Assembly (NCBI RefSeq): GCF_009914755.1
Contig: NC_060931.1
Strand: one strand, 5' to 3'
Source of the DNA: the human T2T-CHM13v2.0 reference genome, Homo sapiens
Length of the DNA stretch: 64,000 nucleotides
Made by a program: the position numbers and the translations under genes. This document shows positions 13,635-27,607 of the stretch, piece by piece; position 1 is the stretch's first letter; each line of letters starts with the position of its first letter. Below the pieces are notes generated by a model. That model did no database searches. It saw nothing but the letters and a program-made list of their open reading frames with translations, and was not told the origin of the DNA.

Positions 13635-14816
13635 AACATTTAAGGTTAATATTGTTATGTGTGAATTTGATCCTGTCATTATGATGTTAGCTGGTTATTT
13701 TGCTCGTTAGTTGATGCAGTTTCTTCCTAGCATCGATGGTCTTTACAATTTGGCATGTTTTTGCAGTGGCTGGTACCGGTTTTTCCTTTCCATGTTTAGT
13801 GCTTCCTTCAGGAGCTCTTTTAGGGCAGGCCTGGTGGTGACAAAATCTCTCAGCATTTGCTTGTCTGTAAAGAATTTTATTTCTCCTTCACTTATAACAC
13901 TTAGTTTGGCTGGATATGAAATTCTGGGTTGAAAAATCTTTTCTTTAAGAATGTTGAATATTGGCCCCCACTCTCTTCTGGCTTGTAGAGTTTCTGCCAA
14001 GAGATCTGCTGTTAGTCTGATGGGCTTCCCTTTGTGGGTAACCCGACCTTTCTCTCTGGCTGCCCTTAACATTTTTTCCTTCATTACAACTTTGTGTCTT
14101 GGAGTTGCTTTTCTCGAGGAGTATCTTTGTGCCGTTCTCTGTATTTCCTGAATTTGAATGTTGGCCCGACTTGCTAGGTTGGGGAAGTTCTCCTGGATAA
14201 TATCCTGAAGAGTGTTTTCCAGCTTGGTTCCATTCTCCCCGTCACTTTCAGGTACACCAATCAGACGTAAATTCGGTCTTTTCACATAGTCCCATATTTC
14301 TTGGAGGCTTTGTTCATTTCTTTTTATTCTTTTTTCTCTAAACTTCTCTTCTCACTTCATTTCATTCATTTGATCTTCAATCACTGATACATACCCTTTC
14401 TTCCAGTTGATCGAGTTGGCTACTAAAGCTTGTGCATTCGTCATGTAGTTCTTGTGCCATGGTTTTCAGCTCCATCAGGTCCTTTAAGGACTTCTTTGCA
14501 TTGGTTATTCTAGCTAGCCATTCATCTAATCTTTTTTCAAGGTTTTTAACTTCTTTGTGATGGTTTCGAACTTCCTCATTTAGCTCGGAGAAGTTTGATC
14601 GTCTGAAGCCTTCTTCTCTCAACTCGTGAAAGTCATTCTCCATCCAGCTTTGTTCCATTGCTGGTGAGGAGCTGCATTTCTTTGGAGGAGGAGAGGCGTT
14701 CTGATTTTTAGAATTTTCAGTTTTTCTCTTCTGTTTTTTCCCCATCTTTGTGGTTCAACCTTTGGTCTTTGATGATGGTGACGTACACATGGGGTTTTGG
14801 TGTGGATGTCCTTTCT
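13635..14816 (-). mobile_element. L1PA (about L1PA4-6) internal fragment: end of 5'UTR, disrupted ORF1, inter-ORF spacer, first codons of ORF2
   Basis: ORF1p MGKKQ... (14745-14377) and ...KRPNLRLIGVPESDGENGTKLENTLQDIIQENFPNL...YQPLQKHAKL (14285-13743); ORF2 ATGACAGGATCAAATTCACAC starts at 13679. Confidence 0.95.
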
Positions 14817-14819
14817 GGA

Positions 14820-15150
14820 TTCCTTCTACTCTACAGTTGTGTTTTATTTTCTTAAATTCTACCCCTTATATTTATTATTTTCCTTCTATGCTTTAGGTTT
14901 AATATGTTGCTTCTAACTTTCAGAAATTGATAACAATTTTTCTCTTCCAACATATGTATTTAAGATTACAACCTTCCCTCTATGTACAGTTTCACCTGCA
15001 ACCTGTAGGTTTGCCTGTGTTCTGTTTGTATTTTCATTCACCTAAGATATAGTCTAATTTCCACTATAACTTTATTTTTGTTCCCTGAGCTATTTGAAAA
15101 TGTATATAGTGCTTAGTGCTTAGTTTCCAAATATTTTGAGATATCTAAAC
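14820..15150 (-). mobile_element. Old L1M ORF2 fragment
   Basis: T-rich degenerate antisense L1 sequence (ttccctctatgtacagtttcacctgcaacctgtaggtttg...). Confidence 0.55.
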
Positions 15151-15163
15151 TTCTTTTTTTTCT

Positions 15164-15164
<1 letters not shown>

Positions 15165-15197
<33 letters not shown>

Positions 15198-15445
15198 TGG
15201 AGTCTTTGCTCTGTCCCTTAAGCTAGAGTGCCGTAGCATGATTTTGGCTCACTGCAACCTCCGCTTCCCAGTTCAAGTGATTCTCCTGCCTTAGCCTCCT
15301 GGTAGCTGGGACTATATATGTCTGCCATCACGCCCAGCTAATTTTCATATTTTTAATAGAGATGGGGTTTCACCATGTTGGCCAGGCTGGTCTCGAACTC
15401 CTGACCTCAAGTGATCTGCCCAATTGTGAGCTGCCACACCTACCC
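15165..15445 (-). mobile_element. Alu SINE (AluS) with internal deletion near its 5' end
   Basis: Long poly-T, Alu body; lacks the cggcctcccaaagtgctgggatt segment; TSD ctaaactt. Confidence 0.92.
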
Positions 15446-17049
15446 TAAACTTTTACTATTACTGTTTTTAAAACACCCAAAACCATCAAGAATATCCATA
15501 AATCATCAAGTTCAGGGCAAACAACCCAATAAGAAGTTGGAGCAAAACATATAAATAAACATTAATTAAGAAAAATCTCAAATAATTGAGGAATATATGA
15601 AGATATTCTCGAAATGACAAATATTCAGATAAAGGAAGACAACAAGATGGCATTATTTTATCAGCAGCATTGCAAACGTTATTAAGGTAGAGAATGCAAA
15701 TTGTTGCTGATGCTGTGAGGAAAAAGCTTTCCATGGTTTATATTATTTTTAAGTGTTTTTTAAAGTCATAATTTGTGAATCTATTCAGTTTGACACTCTG
15801 GTAAATGAGAAGGCTAGCAATTTTTATTTAATTAGGAATACACAAATACAGAGCCACTTTCTAATAGATTTTTAATATTTTATTCTTGAAATTATATCCT
15901 CTTTCTGTGCATATGAAAACATATATAAATATTAAATTTCTAGTGGATACATTATAGGGACAAATAGTTGGATAGTTCATTGAACTATCCTGGTTTTATC
16001 AGAAAATATCAAAAAGAGGTTTTTTATGGATTTCATAAGTTTTCTATGTTACAATTACCCCTTGATTGACTGCAATTGTAAGTTGCATTCAATTGTTAGA
16101 TGATCTTCATTTCAGAAATATACATTGTGAAAAATCTACATTGCAGAGATGATGAGATAGAGTTAGCATTACCAAATTATTCAGCAAAATATTCTACACA
16201 TTTACATTACCATCATCTGTGTATCACCAGACCTGTTTTTCCTAAGCACTCAAAAACTTGCTATTAAACTATTTCATTATTATTTTCCTTCTGATTGGAC
16301 TGACTTGATATCTCACTTATATCCATATTTCTGTAATTTATATAATCATTATTTCATTTTTCTGAAATTTTTATGTCATTTAATTTTAAAAACAAAAAAG
16401 TAAATGTTAAAAAGGAGGAAGAATAATTAATATCAAGAGGTGAAGAGATAATATTATATCTGATAATCCTGAAATATTAATGGAACATAAGAAATAATAA
16501 AATCATTCTGTTTCATGATATATATAGATTAAATTTCTGAATAATTGCATTTTGTCAGCACCATAAAACACTGTGATAATTAGTCTAAAAACACACTCTA
16601 CTATATCTTCATGGACCTTGAAACAGAATGATGTTTCATGAATAAAAAAGGCATTATAAGTCATGTTCCAACTTTGTATAGTACAGTAACAGAGATCCCA
16701 TTTTGGTTAGTTAAAATAACTTACACATATGCACATACTCATATGTATGTATTCATAATGAAATTCCTGGAATTATGTGTGCAATAAGTTCATTTCTGTT
16801 TTATTAGATTAGGTTATCTTTTTCTACTACATTTGCTTTTGGATATATTGTAATAATTATGTTTTTATAGAAAATAAAAAATACAAATAAATGATTATTT
16901 TAAATGAACTAGCTTTAATATCAGCAACTGTTTTAATCCTTGGAATGTAAACAAAAACAAACATGACTCAGAAACTGTCAGAAAAAGTTTTGCCTGCCAA
17001 ACAAATACCAAAATCAATTATAAGAACCAACAAAAGCTCGATATACACA

Positions 17050-20000
17050 AAAATGGAAACTCCTTAAAGCATAAATCTCATAGGGCCTATAAAACAATAA
17101 TGAAAAAAAACAAAGTAGGTAACTAATGTGATGAATAGAACAATATCTCATATCTCAATATTAACATTGAATGTAAATGGCCTAAATGCTGAACTTAAAA
17201 GATACAGAATGGCAGAATGGATTAAAAAAATACCAACCAAGTATCTGCTGTCTTCAAGAGACTCACCTAACACGTAAAGACTCACATAAATTTAAGGTAA
17301 AGGGGTTGAAGAAGATATTCCAAACAAACGGAAACCAAAAGCAATCAGGAATAGCTATTCTTATATCAGACAAAACAGACTTTAAAGCAATAACAGCTAA
17401 AAAAAAAAAGACAAAAAAAGGCATTATATAATGATAAAAGGATTAATCCAACAAGAAGAAAATATCACAATCCTAAATTTATATGCACCTAACACTAGAG
17501 CTCCCAGATTTAAAAAACAATTACTACTAGTCCTAAGAAATGAGATAGACAACACAACAATAGTGGGAGACTTCAATAAACCACTGGCAGCACTAGATAG
17601 ATCATCAAGACAGAAAGTCAACAACAACAACAAAAACAATGGACTCAAACTATACTACAGAACAAATGGACTTAACAGATATTTACAGAACATTCTACCC
17701 AACAACTACCAAATATACATTCTTCTCATCAGCACATTAAACATTCCCCAAGATAGACCATATAATGAACCACAAAAGAAGTCCCAATCAACTTAAGAAA
17801 ATTGAAATCATATCAAGTATCTCATTTGAAATAAAACTGGAAACCAGTTCCAAATGGAACACTCAAAACTAAACTAATACATGGAAATTAATCTGCTTTT
17901 GAATGACTTTTGGGTTAACAATGAAATCAAGATGAAAATTTAAAATTCTCCGAGATGAATAATGGTGACACAAATCATCAAAACCTCTGGGATACAGCAA
18001 AAGCAGTGCTAAGAGGAAAGTTCATGGTATTAAATGTCTATATCGAAAAGTCTGAAAGAACACAAATAGACAAACTAAGGTCAAACCTCAAGGAACTAGA
18101 GAAACAAGAACAAACCAACCCTAACTCAGCAGAAGAAAAGAAATAACAATGGTCAAAACTAAATAATATTGAGACAAAAAATACATAAAACAAATGATGG
18201 TATTTGAAAAGGTAAAATTGATAGACCATTAGTGAGATTGACCAAGAAGAGAGCACACCCAAATAAGCTCAATTAGAAATGAAACTGAAGATATTACAAA
18301 TGATACCATAGAAATACAAAGGATCATTCAAGGTTACTATGAACACCTTTACACATTCAAACTAAAAAATCTAGAGGAAATGGATAAATTTCTGAAAATA
18401 TACAATCCTTCTAGTTTAAATCAGGAAGAAATAGAAACCCTGAATAGACCAATAACAAACAGTGAGATTGAATCAGTAATAAAAAAAATGCTAAAATCAA
18501 AGCCTAAGACCAGAGGAATTCACAGCTAAATTGTATCAGATGTTCAAAGAAGAATTGGTACCAATCCAAATGAAACTATTTCAAAAGATAGAGAAAGAAG
18601 GAATCCTCCCTAAATTATTCTGTGAAACCAGTGTCACTCTAATACCAAAACCAGAAAGGGGATATAATAACAACAACAACAAAACTACAGAACAATATTC
18701 CTGATGAACAGAGATGCAAAAATCCTCAATGAAATACTAGCTAACCAAATTCAGTATCATATCATATAGAAAAGATAACACATCATGATTAAGTGGATTT
18801 CATGCCAGGAACACAGGGATACTTTCATGTATGCAAGTCAATAAAGGTGATATATTACATTAACAGAATTAAAAACAAAAACGTATGATCATATAGATGC
18901 AGAAAAAATTGATAATAGCCATCATAACTTTATGATAAAAAGCCCTCAACAAAATAAGAGTAAGAGGAACTTATCTCAAAGTAATAAAAGCCAAATCTGA
19001 CAAACCCATGGCAAGCATCGTAGGGAATGGGGTAAAGTTGAAAGCATTCCCCCCTAAGAATTGGAATAAGACAAGGATACTCATTTTCACCACTTCCGTT
19101 CAATACAGTACTGCAAATCTTGGCCAGCGCAATTTTATAAGAGAAATTAATCAAGCAAGAACATCCAGATTGGAAAAGAGAAAGTCAAACTGTCATTGTT
19201 TGCCAATGATATGATTGTATACCTAGAAAATCCTAAACACTCGTCCAAAAAGCTCCTAGCTCCAGTGATCAAATTCAGGAAAGCCTCAGGGCATAAAATC
19301 AATATACACAAATCAGTAGTACAGCTGTACACCAACAATGACCAAGCTGAGAATCAAATCAAGAACTCAATCCCTTTTACAATAGCTGCAAAAATAATCA
19401 AAATACCTACGAATATACTTCAGCAAGGAGGTAAAATTTCTCTACACGGAAAACTATAAAACACTGCTAAAAGAAATCATAGATGACACAAACAAATAGA
19501 AACACATCCCATGCTCATAGATGGAAATAATGAATATTTTGAAAATGACCATAGTGCCAAAAGTAATCTAAAGATTCAGGGCAATTCCCATATAAACACC
19601 CCTATTATTCCTCATATAACTAGAAAAAAACAATATTAATAAATGAAAATTCATATGGAACCAAAAAGAGCACACATAGCCGCAGCAATACAAAGTAAAA
19701 AGAGCAAATCTGGAAGTATCACATTATCCAACTTCAAATTATACTACAAGGCTTTAATTACTAAAGCAGCATGGTACTGGTATAGAAATGGCACATAGAT
19801 CAATCAAACAGAATAGAGAACCCAGAAATTAAGTCAAATACAGCCAACTGATCTTTGACAAAGCATACAAAAACTTAAATTGGGGAAAGAACATCCCATT
19901 CAATAAATGATGCTGGGAAAACTGGCAAGTCAAATGTAGAAGAATGAAACTGGATCCTCTCCTCTCACCTTATACGAAAATCGCTCAAGATGTATCAAAT

Positions 20001-21130
20001 ACTTAAACCTAAGAACTGAAACCATAAAAATTCTACAAGACAATATTGAAAAAATCCTTCTAGACATTCGCTTAGGCAAAGAATTCATGACTGAAACACC
20101 AAAAGCAAATGCAATGAAACAAAAATAAACAAATAAGACCTAAGTATACTAAAATATTCTGCACATCAAAAGAAATAATTAACAGAGCAAATAGACAACC
20201 CACAGAACAAAAGAAAACATTCACAAACTATGCATCCAACAAAGGAGTAACATGCAGAATCCACATGGAACTCAAACAAATAAGAAAGAAGGAATCTCAT
20301 CAAAAAGTAGGCAAATGACATGACTAGACAGTTCTCAAAAGGAGATATAAACAGCCAACAAACATATGAAAAAATGCTCAACAACACTAATTATTAGAAA
20401 AATGCAAATTAAAAGCGCAATGGGATTCTACCTTACTCCTGCAAGAATGGCCATAATAAAAAGTCAAAAAACAGATGTTGGCATGGATGTGGTGAAAAGG
20501 GAATACTTTTACACTGCTGGTGGAAATGTAAATTAGTACAACCACTACGGAAAACAGCACCAAGTTTCCTTAAAGAAATAAAAGCAGAATGACCATTTGA
20601 TCCAGCAATCCCACTCCTGGGTATTTACCCAAAGGAAAAGAACTCAGTATATGAAAAAGATGCATGTACGTGCATGTTTACAGCAGCACAATTTGCAATT
20701 GTGAAGATAAGGAACCAACATAAGCGCCCATCAACCAATGAGTGGATAAAGAAAATGTGGTATATATACACCATGGAATACTACTCAGCCATAAAAAGGA
20801 ACACAATACTGTATTTTGCAGCAACTTGGATGGAGCTGGAGGACAATACTCTAAATGATGTAACTCAAGAATGGAAAACCAAATATTCGATGTTCTCACT
20901 TATAAGTGGTAGCTAAGCGATGAAGATGCAAATGCATAGGAACTATATGATGGACTCTGGGGACTAAAAGGGAAAGGTTGGGAGGGGGATGAGAGATAAA
21001 AGACTACATATTGGGTAAAGAGTACACTGTTTGGTTGGTGGGTACACTAAAATCTCAGAAATTACCACTAAAGGATTTATTCATATAACAAAATCCACCT
21101 GTACTCCGAAAACTGTTGAAATAAAATGTT
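17050..21130 (+). mobile_element. L1PB-type LINE (L1PB2-like): decayed full ORF2 plus 3'UTR, 5'-truncated near the ORF1/ORF2 boundary
   Basis: Endonuclease ICCLQETHL, NLYAPN, IVGDFN; [15 protein letters not shown]; C-terminal MWYIYTMEYYSAIK...MFSLISGS; 3'UTR aaaagactacatattggg...ttgaaataaaa; multiple frameshifts. Confidence 0.93.
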
Positions 21131-22669
21131 TTAAAAAACCATTAGTTCAGTAAGCCTCTTCATTACAGCTTCATTATTTTGCTGTAAGTGTATTTGATAT
21201 TTTGTCATGAGTGGATTCCAAGTATGTATATAGTATTTACTTTTAAAATAAATACATGTAGATGTTTTGTGAAGTTTTTCAAAGCACTCAAAAGCAACAC
21301 AGAAGGGGACTTTTAATGGGACAATTCTGTATTCTTTGAGACAATGGAGCCACCAATAAGTGTCTTCGCTGTTTCTATTTCTCTTTCACAGCAGGGAGTC
21401 CACAGGGCAAATGTGTTCAGGGCACTCTGGGACCAGGAAACCTTCCAGTTTAACAGCAACTTGGCTCACATTTCTATTCCCCAATATGAAATCAGCCCTT
21501 TTCTGGGGTACCTGATGTCACCACTGACAAAATTAGTTTCTCTGCTAGGAGCACAGCCCTGTTACTTTTATTTGGTGTACTGAGAAATAAAATCAATGAA
21601 CTCTGGAGGAAGGCTGGCAGCCACCAGCACCCAGGCATCTGCTTTAAGGAAATGACTATTCGTAGCCCTTCAGCTTGTTTCAAAGACATGTTCTTTCCAG
21701 AAAGCAACCAGCATTGTATCTGTCAGTTTCAAGCAAGAAAACAAGCAGGTTATATATACAATATGAGAATAAAGTAAAACTTTTATCTTCTGCGATAAAT
21801 ATTTATTATTGTTCAACATCTGGCAGGGAGCATCTTGCCTGACATCATTTATTATTTCCATCTGTCTCATCTGAACCTCATCCAGTGACCAGAAATAATC
21901 ATTTGTGAGGCTTACTTCATTAGAGCGATATCATACCTCTTAATAAAAGAGGTATGTCTCTGAGGGAGGTTTTTAGCAATAAATTGTTGCTCATTCCATA
22001 TTAGCTCTCTGTCATAATACGAAGATCAAAACAATAATAATGCTCTTTGCTGTCAGCAGGCTGTTTAGCATGAATTCCAAAATATTCTCACTAGATTGGG
22101 GAGAAAATGTAACGGCAAGTAGCTTATTAAATCTGAGAATTAACAATCCTCAATATTTATTCATGTTTTAAATAACGGACTCTCCACAGATGTGCTTTAA
22201 TAAGAAGAATGGCTTCAGCTCTCCAATGCTGAAATCCACTGAAAAAAAAATGAAAAATTAGGTCATACCTTCCCTTTAATCTTAATGTCATCCAGACACA
22301 CAATCCTGTAATTAAAAAGTAACTGAATAACCTAAGTGCCAGGTGGCCTAATTTTATATCTAAAATATTGTAATCAGATTAAACGTATATTGAGATTGCC
22401 TTATTTAATTCTCAAGCAGGCAAAAAAAAAAAAAGAAAGAAACTTTGCTTTTCATAGAGGAGTTTATTTAGTATGTACTTATTTAAACTCTGCAAACAGT
22501 CTCATGCTCCTCCCAGGGAAGAATCCCAAACTAAGCAGTTTGCTTAGTTTGTTGGCAATTGGTGAAGGGAAAGGCAAGTACTATCTTGGCCATTTGTTTG
22601 AGAGAAAGTAGTTTAGTCACTAAAGCCTGCAGTCGCCAGACTCTCCCAAAGGAAGAACAAAACATCTCT

Positions 22670-24500
22670 CAAACATACATCTTACATTGAACTAAAATGT
22701 GTAGGATGCAGCTAAGTCAGTGCTGGGTGGCGGGGGTCGGGGCATATTTTATAGCAATACATTCATATAGTGGAAAAGAAGAAAAGTCCAAAATCAGGAA
22801 AATGAGCTCCTACTTCAGAAAACTATGAAAGGAAGAGCCAAATAAACACAAAGTGACAGAAGGAAGAATATAATAAAGAGAAAACCATAAATAAAGAAAC
22901 TCTAGAGAAAAAAATTGACACAAAACATTTTTAAGATTGTTAATAAGAGCACCAAATCTCTAGTAAGAGTAGCATTAAAAGAAAAAACATGAATTACTAG
23001 CAGCAGGCATGAAACAGACTATCATTAGAAACCCTGCAAATATCACAATGATAAGAGAATAGAATGCACAGCTCTACACACAAAGATTTTACAACCAGTG
23101 AATGAATTCCTCTAGAAGCACAAACCATCACAATTCACCAAATGTAAGACAAATAATTACCAAGTGTGAAACAAATAAGTAAGTATTAAGGAAACTAAAT
23201 TCATAATTTTAAAACTTAGGAAAAATAAACTCACGGGCCCACTAGAATTCACTGAAAAATTCAACAAAATATTCAAAGAAGAATTAACAACATTAGTAAA
23301 CTAAATCCAACAATATAAAAACATACAGCACAATTAAGTGGGATTTTCTCCAGTTATGCAAGTCTGTTTCATCCTTAGGAAATCAATCACTGTAATTCGC
23401 CATATTAACCAACTAAAGAAGAAAAAATTATTTACATAAATTGCACAGAAAGCATTTCACAAAATCCATTCATCTGTGCACTAGAAGTAGAGGGAAATGT
23501 GTGAAATACTATTTTTAAAAATCTACAAAATCCAAAAGCTACCACCATAATAACAAAAGGTAATGTTTTTCCTCAAAGATCAGCAACAAGGCAATGATAT
23601 CTACTCTCTGCCCTTATTCAACATAATACTGAAAATTCTAGGCCCTGTAATAAGCCACGAAAAAATAAATCATATAGTTTGGAAAAGAAGACATAATGCT
23701 CTTGCTCATTGCAGATGATGACCTGATTGTATACACAGAATATTCCAAATAATTAACTACACAAAACCTAGAAGTAACAAGAGAGTACAGTAAGGTCATG
23801 GGATGCACAAACATCACACACAATTTAAATGCATTTCTATTTACTAACAGAGAAGTGGGAACAAAATTTTAAAACCCACATCATTTATAATTGCTCTAAC
23901 AAAAATTGCACATTTGAGTATACATTTAAGAAAGAATGTCAAGTATTGTATGCTAAAAAATACAAAATGTTGATGAAAGAAGACCTAAATAAGCAGAGAC
24001 ATCATGTGTTTATAAATTAGAAGACACAACATAATAAAGATGTCAATTATCTCTAAATTGATCTACAGGTTTAATGCAATTCTTACCAACATCTCAGCAA
24101 AAGTTGTTATGAACAAGCTCATCCTAAATGTAAATGGAAAAAGAAAGCCCTGGAATATCTGAAACAACTTTGAAAAAGAACAGTAAAGTGGGAGAAATCA
24201 TTATTTCTAAAATAATGAGGCAATGTGGCCCTGACAGAAAGATTGGGGGAATTTATGTTTTTAAGGAGGTAGTATGAGTGAGGATTCTGGAGTGATGGAA
24301 ATTCCTATTTCCTGATTACAAGAATCTACATAGGTATATATCTAAATGTGAAATTATAAAACACCTAGAAATTTCTGTAAAATGATTCAGCAGGTTAGAA
24401 TGGATTGATGAAGCAATTAACGTATGTATCAAAATATTGCTATTTGTTAAATTTGGGTGATGGGCATTGGCTTGTATTATTCCTTCTATGTTTTGTACAT
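22670..24500 (+). mobile_element. Old L1M (L1MC/MD-type) ORF2 and 3'UTR fragments
   Basis: Degenerate ORF2 motifs (ttattcaacataatactgaaaattctaggcc; gcagatgatgacctgattgtatacacagaa; aaattgatctacaggtttaatgcaatt). Confidence 0.75.
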
Positions 24501-24569
24501 TTGCAAATTCTCCCTCTGTCTTTTCACACACAAACACACACTCACACAAACACACACACACACACTTTT

Positions 24570-25830
24570 TTTCTGAATCATTTGAAAGCAAGTTGCAAAT
24601 ATGTTGCCACTTAACTCCTTAATGCTTGTATTTACTTTTTAAATAACACTCTCCTATGTAACCATAGTGCAAAATAAAAATTAAGAAATTAATATTACTA
24701 TCTAACCCTCAGACCACATTTAAATTTCACCAATTGTCTTAATAGTTTTCTACATTGATTCACAATCCCATCTATAATCATGTTTTATTTAATTGTCATG
24801 TCTTCTTAGTGTTTGTCAATTGGAAACAATTTCTCATACTTTTTGTTCTCTGCTCTTCATTACTTTAATATTTCGATAACTACAGGCTATTTCCCCTGTA
24901 GAACATTCCTCATTTGGGGTTTGCTTGATGTTTTCTCATATTATATACATTTTGGGCATATCTTTGTAATGATGGTTTGTTCTCGCAACAGCAGGAGAAC
25001 ATGATTTTGGTTTGTTCTGTTATTGGTGATAAGCTTTTCACTTTGTAACCATGATATCTAGGTTTTTCTGAACTAGAAAGCTAACTAATAATTACATTAG
25101 AATAGTTAATTAATTCAAATTAAATAGAAGATATTTTGACACTGTATAAATACCTCATTCCACATGAAACTTATTCATTGATTTCAGCACTTGTTGCTGA
25201 TTCCTCACAGGAATCTAATGTTACTGTTACGGAAGCCATATGATGCTTTTAAATTCTACTATTCCATTTATATTTATTAGTTGAATTCTACCATAAGGTA
25301 GAGCTTACCAATCTCCCTTTTCCATTGATTTATATCAGTGTGGACTCTTACATTTCTATTTAACTCAGTGTTAAGTAGAATCGTTAATGTCACAATTTGT
25401 TAGGATCATTATTTATTTTGAAATTCAATATTTCCCAGGCTTGGCTAGTGGGAAACTCATCAAGCTACATCCTATGTCTCTTTGAGAGGCCCTGTCACTC
25501 TTGGAGCACTTTCTTACACTCTGGCACAAAATGTTCAGGCTCATCTTGTGTTTTCTCTGCCCAGTCCTGATATCAAGGATCCCTGACCCTTTATTACTTG
25601 GGTGTTATTACTTCTAGTGCCCCTCAGCAGAAAGAGCTAAAAGATAAATGCATGTATATGCACATACACACACACATCTGTATCTATGTACATATTTATC
25701 TTTTATATGAATATTAATCATGAGATTACATCTAGACCCTGGATTATCATCAAGTACCACAGGATTAATTGTAGCCTTGTTCATTTCCCATGTTCTTAAC
25801 TGCATTCTATAACCTGGCTTTCATTATATT
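24570..25830 (-). mobile_element. Old L1MC-type 3'UTR fragments, antisense
   Basis: Typical antisense L1MC 3' segments (catttgaaagcaagttgcaaat; ctcctatgtaaccatagtgc; tggcacaaaatgttcaggctcatcttg). Confidence 0.6.
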
Positions 25831-27402
25831 AAATATATTTACTTATGAATGTATTATTTCTGTACATAATCTCTTAGTCACCAGGGCCATTTCCACAGCC
25901 CCAAACATGCTGTCCAGATACTGCTACCCTCTAGAGGTGTTGCTCTAATACTCTTTTCTAGACATGACTCCCCCTCCCACACTAGGTAGTTTCGCCAATT
26001 GCTTGGACCCATTCAAGTGGGGGATGTTTGAAAATTTTGTATTTAAAAAATATACTTAAAATTGCAAAGCTCATAGGAATTTTCAGAGCATATTGAAACT
26101 ATTCAATACATTTTGGAGACAAATGTTAATATTTTCCCAGAAAATATTTAATATGCTGTCCCCAAATAGATATTTCATTTACTTCCCAACTTCTGAAGAC
26201 AATAATTCCACGTTCATTGGGTTTAACATTGATCCTGATTTCTCCATAAATTTATTTTAAAAATCTGTTAGTAGCTAGCTGGCTTTAATTTTATTTCGGA
26301 ATATAGTTTCTCGAGTACATACTTTGACTATATTTTGTTACCTACCAAAGTCAAGAACAAAGCCTGTGGCTTTCAAATCTTTTATAAGCACCACAAAAAT
26401 GTTAGTGAAGCTTAGTCCTACTATTCTCCAGCTTGCTTATTTCAATCTAAGTTTACTCATCCAGCTTCTTATTGTAGAATGTTTTATTCCAATAAAAACA
26501 AAACAAAACCACATTTTGTTTTATCTTCAAGATTTGTATTTTGGCTTTTGCTTGAATATACTGATTACATTTACAATGCTGATTTAAACTCACATCTGCA
26601 TACTTAATTTATGTCACTGTTACCTTCAAAGATACTTGAGGGTTTCTTATTTTTGACTCACTAGTTAATTATATGACCAATTGAAAGAAAAATAATATCT
26701 TTTTGTGGCATTTATATTATTCCTGACAAAAACATTTTTTTTTATTCCACATCTTTGGATAATCTTTCTAAGATTATGAAAAGGACAAAAATTAGTTTTC
26801 TAAAACTAGCAAATTGTGATTACTTAAGTGTTCTCCTATTTTCTGTAACTTGTGATTGTTTACCTATGGAATTATTAAAGCAATTGTGTAAGCTCAAGTT
26901 AGTTCATGCCTCAACTGAATACTTAACTAGTATTTCCTTTCATAGAATTCTCCCTACAAATATAGTAGAAGGAAATTGGTTCTGAAGATAAAAGCTAAAC
27001 GTAGTGTTTAGCTAATAAGGATGATTAAATGTGTAGCAACTCAATATTCCTCCCATAGACCACCACCAAGTGATGGAATAGATCTTTTGATTAAAATGTT
27101 TACAAATAGGTATTTTTGAAGGTTATTTTCATGAATATCTCTAGCAGTAAAAGTCAGTAAATCATTGCAAACCTCTGAGAGTGTTATTTAACTAATTGAA
27201 TAAATCACCAAGTTTTACAAAGCAATTTTAGACTGTTGGATTTACAATGCATCAGAGTTGATCGCTATTTAAATTTTCCATTATAAGATAAATATTTATA
27301 AACAATTACAAAGACCCAAACTAATACCAATAAAACATAGGGTAGAACAAGAAGAGGTACTTAAGAAAAGAAACTAAATCTCATTTGAAAATACTGTCCA
27401 AG

Positions 27403-27607
27403 ATGAGAACACATGGACACAGGGGAATATCACACACCGGGGCCTGTTGTGGGGTGGGGGGAGTGGGGAGGGATAGCATTCGGAGATATACCTAATGCTA
27501 AATGACGAGTTAATGGGTGCAGCACACCAACATGGCACATGTATACATATGTAACAAACCTGCAAGTTGTGCACATGTACCCTAAAATTTAAAGTATATA
27601 AAAAAAA
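27403..27607 (+). mobile_element. 5'-truncated L1PA (about L1PA3-4) 3' end with perfect 15-bp TSD
   Basis: G-rich tract, cctaatgctaaatgacgagttaatgggtgcagcacaccaacatggc, A tail; TSD aaaatactgtccaag at 27388-27402 and 27604-27618. Confidence 0.95.

Noticed and set aside
17186-20916. Endonuclease and reverse-transcriptase ORF fragments suggesting an active RT system
   Set aside because: Frameshifted pieces of an old L1PB ORF2; not intact.
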